Source of the DNA: the human T2T-CHM13v2.0 reference genome, Homo sapiens | NCBI RefSeq assembly: GCF_009914755.1 | Contig: NC_060929.1 | Strand: one strand, 5' to 3' | Length of the DNA stretch: 64,000 nucleotides | Part shown: piece after piece, positions 36,911-56,062 of the stretch | Layout of the letters: every line of letters starts with the position of its first letter | How positions within the stretch are numbered: position 1 is the stretch's first letter | The notes under the pieces: model-generated | Databases searched by the model: none | Seen by the model: the letters and a program-made list of their open reading frames with translations, nothing else | What the model was told of the DNA's origin: nothing | Translations under genes and position numbers: made by a program

Positions 36911-37273
36911 TAATATGGTTTGGCTCTGTGTCCCCACTCAATTTTCATCTCCAGTTGTAATCCCCCAAATCCCCATGTGTCAAGGGTGGGATCTGGTGGG
37001 AGATTATTGGATCATGGGGGCAGTTTCCCCCATGCTGTTCTTGTGATAGTGAGTGAGTTCTCGTGAGATCTGATGGTTTAAAAGTAGCACTTCCTTTGCT
37101 GTCTCTCTCCTGCCACCATATATGACGTGCTTTGCTTCCCCTTCCACCGTGATTGTAAGTTTGCTGAGGCCTCCCCAGACATGCAAAACTGTGAATCAAT
37201 TAAACCTCTTTTGTTTATAAATTACCTAATCTCAGGTAGCATCTTTATAGCAGCATAAAAATGAACTAATACA
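36911..37273 (+). mobile_element. MST/THE1-family MaLR solo LTR
   Basis: atatggtttggctctgtgtcccca...gaatcaattaaacctctt...actaataca; 5-bp flanks catga/catgg. Confidence 0.88.
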
Positions 37274-38096
37274 CATGGTTTTCGAGGCCAATTGCTTTAG
37301 GATCATTGCTTCTAGGACCAATGCAAAACAGGGCCATGGAGAATAGAAAGCAGTCAGAACTATGCAGTGGTATTTCTCTAGTCTGAGAAGCTGGCTTAGT
37401 TGCTGCCTAGGGTTTGAAGTGATGATTTCTGTATAGTATGAACCCTAGTTTTGTTCCAGTTTAAACATTTTTTTTTTTTAGTATAATGGTACCCGTAACC
37501 TCAAGTGTTGCTTAGGAAAGTTTCTGATACCGAGATGCTCAGGAGTTCCTTAATATTTCTGTTTTGTTCTGGGGCAAATAGCTTCATGGATAGCATAGAG
37601 GGTCTTTTAATCAAACGTCTTATGTGAAGGTAAATCCGTTGAACAGAGTTCATTTATTTGACAAGTATTTATTCAACACTTACTATATGCTCAGTTCTGT
37701 TCTCGGAGCTGGGGATACAGTAGCGAATAAAAGTTGATGCTCTAGTAGGGCTTACATTCTGTGAGGGATATATAGCCTTAAAACAGATAAATATCTAAAA
37801 TTTCAAGGACTGTCAAATGTAAAGTAGGATCTTAATAGAAAAATGAATATGTGTGTGTCAGGGGGAAAGAGTGGGATTTGATGTTTTATTTCTTCTTTTC
37901 TTCTATTCCCAGTTAGACACCTTGATGTTATCACAGTTTAGTTTATTTTTAATAAAGATCTTTTAACAACTGTAGCTCTCCTCACCACCTGTGAATTTCT
38001 CACTTTTAAACCATCTGAGCTGGCAAGATTAGTGGAGCATGGGAGGTCTTTTAAATAATTCTTGAATATATTATAGCCCTCCATTCTTTTTTTCAG

Positions 38097-38214
38097 GGAG
38101 TGACCTTCACAATGGCATCATAGGATTCAGTGAGGAGTCCCAGAGTGGACTAGAACTCAGGGAAGGAGCTGTTATGAGAAGATTGCACCTTATTGTCACA
38201 AGACAGCCAAACAG
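38097..38214 (+). CDS. ADGRV1: ADGRV1 coding exon (~exon 75)
   Basis: ttttcag|GGAGTGAC...AAACAG|gtatgt; (G)SDLHNGIIGFSEES...TRQPN(R); 118 nt, phase 1-2. Confidence 0.93.
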
Positions 38215-39584
38215 GTATGTGTATATATAGTATATGGAAGACGTAACATTCTGTGTGTCTGTACAAATGTAATTTCAATTCATACAATGGTGGAGGGCAG
38301 GGTAAGATAGAAGGAGGTAGTGTCGAATTTGGCACGTCTTCAGATGCTCTAGTTCTTAATCTGTGATTATGGTACTTCGTTTATGATCATAACTTAGGGT
38401 TACCTTGAGTGTTTTCTACTTCATGAAGTACCATACAAATATCAGACTATGTAGGTCATCACTTCATCATATTGCCTATTATCTGCTCACTCTACATACA
38501 TACCATTTTCCTGTGATGAAAACTTGGAGTACCAAAACTTTGTTTGCAACTTAAAACTGTATAGTAGCATCTTTAGATGCTCATCACATACACGTGCTTG
38601 GTATGCACACATGCACATGTGTATATATTACATTTTCCATTTTGGGCCTAAATAATCTGTGAGAATGTTGGTCTCCCTTTGCCCTATTTTACAATAGCAA
38701 CCATTATGAGTGGAAGTGTTGTTTCTTTAGAAAAATCCTTTTTAAAAGAGAAATGAGGAACATTTACTTGCCTTTAGGACCTCCCTATAATTCTCATTTT
38801 CACATTTTTTGGACATAATAGAAAAATATATTTTTTTAATTTTCTGTTTTTTTTTAAATTTTATTATTATTATAATTTAAGATTTTTTAAATTTTATTAT
38901 TATTATACTTTAAGTTTTAGGGTACATGTGCATAATGTGCAGGTTTGTTACGTATGTACACATGTGCCATGTTGGTGTGCTGCACCCATTAACTCATCAT
39001 TTAGCATTAGGTATATCTCCTAATGCTATCCTTCCCCCCTCCCCCCACCCCACAACAGTCCCCAGTGGGTGATGTTCCCCTTCCTGTGTCCATGTGTTCT
39101 CATTGTTCAGTTCCCACCTATGAATGAGAACATGTGGTGTTTGGTTTTTTGTCCTTGCGATAGTTTGCTGAGAATGATGGTTTCCAGCTTCATCCATGTC
39201 CCTACAAAGGACATGAACTCATCATTTTTTATGGCTGCATAGTATTCCATGGTGTATATGTGCCACATTTTCTTAATCCAGTCTATCATTGTTGGAAATT
39301 TGGGTTGGTTCCAAGTCTTTGCTATTGTGAATAGTGCCGCAATAAACATACGTGTGCATGTGTCTTTATAGCAGCATGATCTATAGTCCTTTGGGTATAT
39401 ACCCAGTAATGGGATGGCTGGGTCAAATGGTATTTCTAGTTCTAGATCCCTGAGGAATTGCCACACTGACTTCCACAATGGTTGAACTAGTTTACAGTCC
39501 CAACAACAGTGTAAAAGTGTTCCTATTTCTCCACACCCTTTCCAGCACCTGTTGTTTCCTGACTTATTAATGATTGCCGTTCTA

Positions 39585-40241
<657 letters not shown>

Positions 40242-40244
40242 TTA

Positions 40245-44014
<3,770 letters not shown>

Positions 44015-44469
44015 CTTTGTGGTTTTATCTACTTTTGGTCTTTGATGATGATGATGTACAGATGGGTTTTTGGTGTGGATGTCCTTTCTGTTTGTTAGTT
44101 TTCCTTCTAACAGACAGGACCCTCAGCTGCAGGTCTGTTGGAATAGCCTGCCGTGTGAGGTGTCAGTGTGCCCCTGCTGGGGGGTGCCTCCCAGTTAGGC
44201 TGCTTCGGGGTCAGGGGTCAGGCACCCACTTGAGGAGGCAGTCTGCCCGTTCTCAGATCTCCAGCTGCGTGCTGGGAGAACCACTGCTCTCTTCAAAGCT
44301 GTCAGACAGGGACATTTAAGTCTGCAGAGGTTACTGCTGTCTTTTTGTTTGTCTGTGCCCTGCCCCCAGAGGTGGAGCCTACAGAGGCAGGCAGGCCTCC
44401 TTGAGCTGTGGTGGGCTCCACCCAGTTTGAGCTTCCTGGCTGCTTTGTTTAAATAAGCAAGCCTGGGCA

Positions 44470-44685
44470 ATGGCGGGCGCCCCTCCCCCAGCCTCGCTGC
44501 CGCCTTGCAGTTTGATCTCAGACTGCTGTGCTAGTAATCAGCGAGACTCTGTGGGCGTAGGACCCTCCGAGCCAGGTGCGGGATATAATCTCGTGGTGTG
44601 CCGTTTTTTAAGCCGGTCCGAAAAGCGCAATATTTGGGTGGGAGTGACCCGATTTTCCAGGTGCGTCCGTCACCCCTTTCTTTGA
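44470..44685 (+). CDS. L1 ORF0, intact 71 aa, in the antisense-promoter direction (sense to ADGRV1)
   Basis: MAGAPPPASLPPCSLISDCCASNQRDSVGVGPSEPG...; strong Kozak ggcaATGG; donors CAG|gtgcg after nt 106 and nt 191 of the ORF. Confidence 0.88.
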   Translation: MAGAPPPASLPPCSLISDCCASNQRDSVGVGPSEPGAGYNLVVCRFLSRSEKRNIWVGVTRFSRCVRHPFL

Positions 44686-44896
44686 CTCGGAAAGGAAACT
44701 CCCTGACCCCTTGCGCTTCCCAAGTGAGGCAATGCCTCGCCCTGGTTCGGCTCGCGCACGGTGCACACACCCACTGACCTGCGCCCACTGTCTGGCACTC
44801 CCTAGTGAGATGAACCTGGTACCTCAGATGGAAATGCAGAAATCACCCGTCTTCTGCGTTGCTCATGCTGGGAGCTGTAGACCGGAGCTGTTCCTA

Positions 44897-45625
<729 letters not shown>

Positions 45626-45902
45626 TTACATTCCTTATACAGAGTATTAGGATACTTATTCATTGTTGAATGGAGTGTATTCAAAGAAAACCACATAAGC
45701 CCTGAGGCTTAATCCTCTTATCTGTAGTGAGGAAAATTGGTCATTTTCTGCATCATCAGTGGTAAAGTAAGTGCTATACTTTGGATGAAGAGGTACCATT
45801 TGGTATACTTTGGATGAAGAGGTACCATTATTTGATAATAAACTCTATTAGACATGGGGATGACACCCTCTGTTAAGGCATTGGTGGGTTTCTTGCTCAC
45901 AG

Positions 45903-46074
45903 GGCCTTTGAAGATGTCAAGGTCTTTTGGCGAGTCACACTTAACAAAACAGTCGTCGTGCTCCAGAAGGATGGGGTAAACCTGATGGAGGAACTTCAGT
46001 CTGTGTCAGGGACCACAACCTGTACAATGGGTCAAACAAAATGCTTTATCAGCATTGAACTCAAACCAGAAAAG
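45903..46074 (+). CDS. ADGRV1: ADGRV1 coding exon (~exon 76)
   Basis: ctcacag|GGCCTTT...GAAAAG|gtaaga; (R)AFEDVKVFWRVTLN...IELKPEK; 172 nt, phase 2-0; not in the ORF track. Confidence 0.93.
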
Positions 46075-47124
46075 GTAAGAAATGAAGAGACACACTAGTG
46101 TCAACTTCTAATTATATTTCTTTAGAATTAATCATTTTAAAACCACTATTGAAACTTACACATTGTTGATAGGGAGATTCTTTGTGTTTTTCTTAGCCAT
46201 AATGTCTAAATCTCTTTGCCGACAACAGGCTTTAGACAGACTTGATTACATTATGGTATTTTGTAAATAAACTTGTCATTTTTCTATTTTTTTGTTTCTT
46301 GCCATTCTAAAATAACAACCATGTAGGTTTAACTTCTTTTATTTGTATTCTTGGTACAATTCTTTCCTTTTCTAGAAATAAATGTCTTATTCACAATTCT
46401 TTTTGTTAGCCCCTTCCTACTTACATACAAAGAAAAAAATGTTTATCATTGCTTAATAAATGAACACATGCTTAATAAAAGACATGTCGATATGCTAACT
46501 CTTCTACACATTAAAATTAATAAAATATTAAGTATATGCTGTTAGAATCACATTTATCTTGCATGGTATCTCTTTTTTATATAACAATAACATTTCTTTC
46601 AGTATCACTATAAATTCAAATTCAAATAATTTTTATTACTTACTAAGTGATTTTCTTTTTGGTATTCAAATAGTCATGGCATGGCCACTGGTAGTCTTAT
46701 TAAGCTGGTCTTTTGTCTTTTCAATATTACTTTTAAAATATCTGGAAGCATACTTGCTTTATAGCAATAACAAATATTCTAGAGCTGTCTTGATTTTTTC
46801 CCTGATGTAAGACAGCCAATTAACTAGTGTCAAAGGACTTGATTTCTTTGATCAGAAAGGATTTTAGAGATCTATATGTATGTACTACAGCTATATAGGA
46901 AAGTTGATGCAGGCAAATGTGTTGCTGTTGTGGCCACCTTGGTGGTGGTAGTGCTGGAAAATATATTTTCCTTAAAGCCTGGAATCCCCACTCTTTTTCG
47001 TAGTTTAGCATATCACATCATTGTTTTTTGCTTTTCTTGAGTGGAGTTATCATCAGCTACTAAAACTTTCTGTCACACTGACAATGAGGAACTGAAATTT
47101 CAATACTCAAGACATTTGATCATA

Positions 47125-47714
<590 letters not shown>

Positions 47715-48889
47715 CCCATATTTCTTAACTATAGCTTTCCGTTAATCAAAATACCACTTTCTCCATGATGCCTCCCATGAAACCTCTAGTTGGAGTCGTT
47801 GATTCTCTAAATTTATAAAACATTATCTGTTCCTTTCCTATGGAAATTATCAGTTATATGCAGTGTTACAACTTATGCATAGTTTATATAGACTATAAGA
47901 CTGTTAGCTGTTCAAAAATTAGAATATGGTTTTGCATTCTTCATAAATATGTTTTGCATACATGATTACTAAATATTATATTGTGCATTTTATCTCAAAT
48001 AGGATTTTTGGTGAATTAGAATACTGATACGATCTCACTAGGCTTTAAACATCTGTCTCGTACAGTAGATGTTAAACTTGTAATTCTAAGAAGAGAGAGG
48101 AGAAGAGCCATTAGGAGTGGGCTTGGGCAAGCTGAATAAAGAGAAATAGGAAAGTTAAAGTATAGGTTGGGTTAGGGTAGACTACTTCCTCTGAGCTTGC
48201 CCTCCTTGCAGAAGAATATATAATTAAGGGGTAAGAAAATGTTGTATGCAATACATGGGATGCTAACTGTATATATTTGTTTTCCTAACTAGAGAAATGC
48301 TACTGAGCCCATTATCAAAAGTTTCAGTTAGGTAAGAGAAAAAAATTAGTCACACCTCTTCTTTCTCTTTCACATATGATATTCAAATCGTAGAGTTTTC
48401 TTCTGCATTCTGAGAAGCAGCTAATTTTCAAGACATTTTTTCCCTCATTATCTTTTCACCTGTTAAAAGGCAAGGAACAAGCAAGGTTAATATATATTCT
48501 AGTTTCATTAAGAGGAAATTTAAAAAGAGAGAAGATGGAAGATGATTATTTTCTCATGAAAATGAAAAAGTGTTTTTCAAAAAGTACTATGAACTTTTGA
48601 TATACATTTTAACATTTTACATGTTATTAGTAGAAGGGAATTTATTACTCATCCAGTTCAAATTATTATTATGTCAGATAAACTGAGACCTAATGATATA
48701 CACAATACATGTTCTGTGACAATATTCTTCTGTAGTGGGCTTTGAGAAATTATTTGGAGGTCCTAGTAGAGCCACCCAATTATTGCTAGATTTTTGACCT
48801 AAGCACCATCTTCTTCATTTTTTGTCAAAGGAAAGACATCAGTTACACTGAACTTATTCTTGGAGTCACTGGAGTCAGTTTAAGAGTTA

Positions 48890-49090
48890 GGGTTCTGATA
48901 ATGGAAGACTTTAGTTCAAATATTAACTCTTCTACCAATTAGCTGGGTGACATTGGACAGGTTGCTTAGCCTTCCTGAGCCTCCCAGGTTTAACGGGGTT
49001 AATAACAGGGCTGTGAGGCAGATAAAGAAAATAATGAATGAGAAGTTCTTAGCACAGCTCTCGGCAGAGTTGGCCCTTCATAAGAGATGG
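48890..49090 (+). mobile_element. MIR
   Basis: agttcaaatattaactcttctaccaattagctgggtgacattggacaggttgcttagccttcctgagcctc MIR core. Confidence 0.65.
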
Positions 49091-51421
49091 TGAGTATTGA
49101 GATTATTCAGAATGGATGGAGATGGAGCCCGAGGGAATGCAATGACTTGAGTAATAACTACATCAACACAAGTGGTAGAAGAGTTACAGATATTGCAGAC
49201 ACAACAAATGCATCCACAGAATTACACCACTCATTAATGGCAGTGTCCCTCACCTCAATCCAGTCTATTGGCACTCAAAGTTTTTTGACTCTGTCCTATC
49301 TCAGATTATCATCTCTACAGTTTTTCAATACTTTCACTTTTGAATTATGAAGAATTTAAGTAACTCGCCCAATTCAATTACTGGGCCAAGATTAGAACTC
49401 ATCTCTTGAATTCCAGTCCATTTCCCCTTTTCCTGATTATTTATCTTATGATTCTATATTAGTAAAATGTAAAAGGTAACAACTTAGGAAGCATGCTCTT
49501 AACCACAAAATCTGTTTGAATCCAGTGTTTAAATATTTGTTGCAAATATTTTCAAAAATATTTAAGTAAGGTATTGTTTCATTGTTACTTTGGTTTTTCT
49601 ATTGCTGAATAGTTCTGGTCCCTGGAAAAATCATCTTATACTAGTTAGGGCAAAAGATCATCCTGGGATGCTTCTGACCTAACCAGGAAAAGAACCTGCT
49701 GGGAATTACACATGGAATGGGCTCTTATGAGGTCTCTGTCATTTTTAGGAGTCTAGGGAGGTTCACATATGATCTGCAAGTCTTGATTTCTCATTAGACT
49801 TCAGAAATATTGTTTCAATAGAGTGTTTATTTCTAAGACTTGAAGACTCTTTATGTTACTAGTCTAATGATATGTAGGCACCCATCTTTACACTGTTCAA
49901 TTTCAGATGATTCTTAACTTAGATTATAACATATTATTTTGTTTGTAGGTGGCTATAAGTATGTTCTAATCATCGTCACAATGAAAAAGGAATATTTTTC
50001 TAGAAAATAAAAGTCTGTTGGAATGTAATATACCGAAATCCTTAGTTAAAAGAAACTACTTTGAATTCAAGCTCGCTTGGCCATACTAGGTCTTGAATAT
50101 AGTTACTATACTTTGATAGTGCTTTAGTTTATTGTATTTGCCAAATGTAGTTTCTCAAAAGTGGACACAGTACAATTATTTCCATATTTCAATATCAACT
50201 GACAGTTAATCAGCAACAGTAAAGAATGATATGTGCCACAGAAAAAACTAAGTATTTCTTCAGAAAACAAAAGGAGATTAAGTTGATTTATGCTATAACT
50301 AAGATATAACTTACTTATAAACACTTGGATAATTCTGAAGGGTTGGTTGTATCATTTCATGATGTAATAGTTATCATTAAAATGGTCACAAAACATAATG
50401 GTCATTGCTGGTAGGTAAAAATGATACATTATATCAAATTAGACAATGTCACTGCAGTTGTAAAGGCATCAGCTTAGCTCCTTTGAGTTATGCCAGATGG
50501 GTAACAATATTGCTAAGATTTGTGGATGATTTTGTTAAGAGTGAATCATTAGTAAAAACAGGTGATTGCCAATATGTTATAAAATTGAATTCAGGCTTTA
50601 GAAAATAAATTATTTGAGACTGTTGAGAAGGAACCAAGGTGAAACATGAGCAAACTGTAACCAGCAGACTATATTTAGACTATATACTGAATTTTGGAAA
50701 ATTTTGAAAAATACATAAAACTTCAGAATTGACTATTATAAATATTTGATTATATTTATTTAAAACACTTTAAAAATAAAAGAAATAAAAATAGAACCTT
50801 ACAAAATTGAAGATCCATTTTTTTCCCCCTCCTCAGTAATATTCTCCAACTCCACTCCCTGCCCTGTCCCCACCCAAACCCTCCACCCAAGGCAACTGCT
50901 GTCAGGGTGTGGTAGTTAAAAAAGAAAACTTTACATAAATATGTATCTATTAATAAAATATAGTAAGCTTTATGTAGTTTTAACTTTACTTTTATGGTAT
51001 CATTCTATACATATCATTATACAGCTTGATATTTTCACTTACTGTCATATTTTGAGATGCATCTGTGTTAAAAAACATTGAATTAGTTTATTCCTTTTAA
51101 CTACTTTATAGTGTTTTGTGGTATGAATACATTTAATTTATTTTTTTGCTGATCGTAGTAAACATAGGTTGTTTCCTGACATTGATTTTCTAGTAAGAAG
51201 CTCGCCCAGAGAAAGTAAATGTATTTTTAAAGAAAGACCAAAAATAAATGTCATGATAATCTAAGAATTTAATTCCGTAATTATACAGAATATATCTCTA
51301 GATTTATATATTTATTTCTCTAAAAATGTATATGAATTATACAATATTTAAATATCAGAACTATCTACAGATAGAAATATATTAGTAATAGTTGTTTTTT
51401 TTTCCTTTTTCTCATTGTCAG

Positions 51422-51664
51422 GTACCACAGGTTGAAGTGTATTTTTTTGTGGAACTATATGAAGCTACTGCTGGAGCAGCAATAAACAACAGTGCCAGAT
51501 TCGCACAGATTAAAATCTTAGAAAGTGATGAATCTCAAAGCCTTGTGTATTTTTCTGTGGGTTCTCGGCTGGCAGTGGCTCACAAGAAGGCCACTTTAAT
51601 CAGTCTGCAGGTGGCCAGAGATTCTGGGACAGGACTAATGATGTCTGTTAACTTTAGTACCCAG
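51422..51664 (+). CDS. ADGRV1: ADGRV1 coding exon (~exon 77)
   Basis: tgtcag|GTACCA...ACCCAG|gtaagc; VPQVEVYFFVELY...VNFSTQ; 243 nt, phase 0-0. Confidence 0.94.
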
Positions 51665-53194
51665 GTAAGCATGGAATATATATATTCATACACGTTATGG
51701 TTTTCTTCTTTAACTACAGCAAGAGTAATGACATAGGGAATAATTGATACATTATTTTCTGAGGATAACATCGTAATTCACTTTTTATTCATTACATTAA
51801 GCTTTATCCTTGAAACAGCTCAGCTTTTCACTCATCAGTAACAGATCATGTTTTAAAACGACAGACTTCTTTTTTCTCTCTTTTGACAAGATTGATTATA
51901 CAGTGCAAACTATCTTACATAAATCTGTTTTATAAAATCTCTAGGGAGTTAAAATTTCTTCAGAATGTAACTGTTGAAGGCCAGAAGCAGAAAGTGAGGA
52001 TCTTGTTATGTTTTGTTTCCAAAACAGTTGAAAATTTTCTTTTTCAGAACCTCCAACACTAGCTGATCTTTACACTTCTTCAAATCCATGTGTTCACAAA
52101 GCCTCACTGCCACTTTTTTCACATCCATCCTCTTAGGTGACATCAGATAAAAGACAGGGAGGCTATCTGGGGACTCAGAAGATCAATGCTGCATAACACT
52201 AAGTCACCAGACCGTGGGCTTGGCCCCAACAATACCATATACCTTTCAGCCTTATTTTTTTGCTTTTGTTTTAGCAGTGAAACTCTAATATAGTAAAGCA
52301 AAAATCTGTCCCTACTCTGCTTGAAGTATGATTGTTAGGATCATAGCTGACCCACCTTAGTCCTCTCTTTGTTCCCCTTACTTTATATAACTTCAGGAAA
52401 CCCACTATTTGAAAACTGCCATTCTGGACAGCTCTTCTATTTCCAATGTTTCAAGATTCCAAACCAGATGAATCCTTGGGCCTTAAGATTTCACAGTTTC
52501 ATTAAAAGTTCCCTTTAGTACCTGCCTGGTTGTGTCACCATTGGGTGGCTCAAACAGGACATTCTGTGCATAAAACAGAACATATGTGTGGCCAGTATGT
52601 TGTAGCAGTTACATGAGTCAAGATGAGAGAATAGGCCTCAAGCTGTGGATATTAAGCCGTTCTGAAAGTTTGCCAGGCAGTAAAACTTATCTTTACGACA
52701 GAGTCCACAGTGCAGCAAACAAAAAGAAAACTCCCTATTATATGAGACCCTAGAAATAAAGTCTATTCTAAATAGCACAAAGTGAAGTATGTTGATTTAC
52801 AGTAGGAAGACTTGAGTATTTTTATTGGAGTATTTAAGATAGAAGATAAATTATAGAAGTCTGTTTCATTCTTCCTCTTCTCCCATAAAATGTATATCGT
52901 TATAACTTACTACTTTGGAGAATGGAAGAAGGGGGACTGGAAATGAAAAACCAGATGATAAAAGAGATTTGAGGCACATCTTAAGCGAGTTTATGTGCTC
53001 AGTCAGATGAGAGGGGAATTGAAGTTGCCAAAAGAAGAATCTGAAGGCCAGCAACTCTATCATATTTATTTATATGTTTTCTAGATTCTTCATAAGTGAT
53101 TCTTTGCAAAATGCATGCTGTCAGTAGTGTATAACTCATAAAGGGCACTTATTTATGGAACAATATATTTTTAGGAATTTCCAGTTTTCCCTAC

Positions 53195-53830
53195 TGAAAT
53201 GGTTAATTTTATATGTCAACTTGACTGGACCACAGAGTACCCATATATCTGGTCAAACATTATTCTAAGTGTTTCTGTGAGGGTTATTTTTTGGAATGAG
53301 ATTGGCGTGTAAATCAGTAGACTGAGTAAAGCAGATTGCCTTCATAATGTGGGTGAGCCTCATTCAATCAGTCAAAGTCCTGAATAGACCAAAAAGCCTG
53401 GCCCTCCTTTAAGTAAGAGAGAATTTTTCCTGTCTGATAGGCTTTGACTTGGAATAATGGCTTTTTCCGGTCTCTGGACTCAAAATGGAACATTGGCTAT
53501 TCCTGGGTCTTAAGCCTGCTGGCTTTTGCACGGGAACTACACCATTGGTTCTCCTAGTTCTCAGGCCATAAGGCTTGAACTGGAACTAAACCATTGACCT
53601 CCTTTGGTCTTCAGCCTGTGAAATCATCCTGCAGATGATCTTGAGACTTCTCAGCCTCCATAACTGCATGAGCTAATTTCTTACCTTATAATAAATCTCT
53701 CTCTCTCTCTCTATATATATATATACACACACACACATACGTATATATACATATATATACACACACACACACACACAAAAACATAAGTACACGCACACAC
53801 ACACCCTATTCTGACCCTGACCAATAAACA
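53195..53830 (+). mobile_element. MLT2-family (ERVL) solo LTR with (CT)(TA)(CA) microsatellite
   Basis: atggttaattttatatgtcaacttgactgg start; gtagactgagtaaagcagattgcc; ataaatctct...cacacc end. Confidence 0.85.
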
Positions 53831-55764
53831 TCCTACCCTGCGATTATAGGCTTAGTAGAGAATGTTTGTGGCAGTGCATTAATACCAGTATTTTTATTTT
53901 TTAATTTTTGTAGGTACATAGTAGATGTATATATTAATGGGATACATGAGATATTTTGATACAGGCATACAATGCATAATAATCACATCAGGATAAATGG
54001 GGTATCCACCACCTCAAGCATTTATCCTTCCTTTTTGTTACAGATAATTCAATTATACTTTTTTAGTTATTTTTAAATGTACAATAAATTATTGTTGACT
54101 ATAGTCGTGCTGTTGTGCTATCAAATACTAGATTGTATTCATTCTGACTATTTTTTGTACTCATTAACCATTCTAACTTCCCTCAACCCCCTCTGCCCCA
54201 CCGCCACCACCTTCTCAACCTTTGGTAACCATCATTCTACTCCCTATCTTCATGAGTTCAATTGTTTCAATTTGTAGTTCCCACAAATAAGTGAGAACAT
54301 TTAATGTTTGTGTTTCTCTGCGTGGCCTATTTCACTTAACATAATAACCTCCAGTTCCATCCATGTTGTTGCAAATTACAGGATCTCATTCTTTTTAATG
54401 GCTTAATAGTACTGCATTGTGTATATGTAGCACATTTTCAATATCCATTCACCTGTTGATGGACACTTTGGTTGGTTCCAAATCTTGACTGTGGTGAATA
54501 GTGTTGCAACAAACATGAGAGTGCAGGTATCTCTTTGATACACTTTCTTTTCTTTTGGGTATATCCCTAGGATTTCCTTTCTTTTGGGTATATACCTGGG
54601 AGTGGAATTACTGGATTATGTGGTAGCTTTATTTTTAGTTTTCTGAGGAATCTCCAAACTTCTCCATAGTGGTTGTACTAATTTACATTCCTACCAACAG
54701 TGTATGAGGGTTCCATTTTCTCCACCTTCTCACTAGCATTCATTATTGCCTTTCTTTTGCATAAAAGCCATTTAATTGAGGTGAGATTATATTTCATTGT
54801 AGTTTTGATTTGCATTTCTTTCATGATTAGTGATGTTGAGCACCTTTTCTTATCCCTATTTACCATTTGTATGTCTTCTTTAGAGAAATGTCTATTCAGA
54901 TCTTTTGCCCATTTTAAAATTGGATTATTACATTTTTACTCATAGAGTTCTTTGAGCTCCTTATATATTCTAGTTATTAATCCCTTGTCAGATGGGTAGT
55001 TTGCAGATATTTTCTCCCATTCTGTGGGCTGTCTCTTCACTTTGTTGATTGTTTCTTTGGTTGTGCAGAAACTTTTTAATTTGATATGATTCCATTTGTC
55101 CATTTTTACTTTGGTTGTGGGGTATTACTCAAAAAAATCTGCCAGTCCAATGTCCTAGAGAGTTTCCTCCAACATTTTCTTGTAGTAGTTTCTTAGTTTG
55201 AGATCTTAAATTTAAGTCTTTAATCCATTTTTGTTTTGATTTGACTTTCTGTGTATGGTGAGAGATAGGGATCTAGTTTCATTCCTCTGCATATGGATAC
55301 CCAGATTTCCCGGAACCATTTATTGAAGAGACTGCCCTTTTTCCAATGTACGTTCTTGTCACCTTTGTGGAAAATGAGTTCACTGTAGAAGTACGGATTT
55401 GTTTCTGGGTTCTATTCCATTCTGTTCCATTGGTCTATATGTCTGTTTTTATGCCAGTACCATGCTGTTTTGGTTACTGTCACTCTCTAGTATAATTTGA
55501 AATCAGGTAATGTGATTCCTCCAGTTTTTTTCTTTTTGCTCAGGATAGCTTTGGCTATTCTGAGTCTTTTGTAGTTCCATTTAAGATTATTTTTCCTATT
55601 TCTGTGAAGAATGTCATTGGCATTTTGATAAGGATTGTGTTGAATCTGTAGATTGCTTTGGGTAGTATGAACATGTTAACAATACTGATTCTTCCAATCC
55701 ATGAACATTAAATATCTGCATTTTTGTGCCTTCTTCAATTTCTTGCATCAATGTTTTTCATAGA

Positions 55765-56062
55765 TTTGTTTTGGTTTTTTGAGATAGGGTCTTGATCTTT
55801 TGCCCAGGCTGGAGTGCTGTGGTGTGATCATGGCTTACTACAGCCTTGACCTCCTAGGCTCAAGCAATGCTCCCACCTCAGCCTCTCAAGTAGCCGTGAC
55901 TACAAGTGCACACCACCACACCTGGCTAATTTTTGTAGTTTTTGTAGAAATGGGATTTTACCATGATACTCAGGCTGGTCTCAAACTCCTGGGCTCAAGC
56001 AATCCACCAACTTCAGCTATCCAAAGTGCTGGGATTACAGGCATGAGCCACCATGCCTAGCC
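55765..56062 (-). mobile_element. AluJ inserted in the old L1
   Basis: gatcatggcttactacagccttgacctcctaggctcaagc AluJ-type sequence; L1 continues on both sides. Confidence 0.88.
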
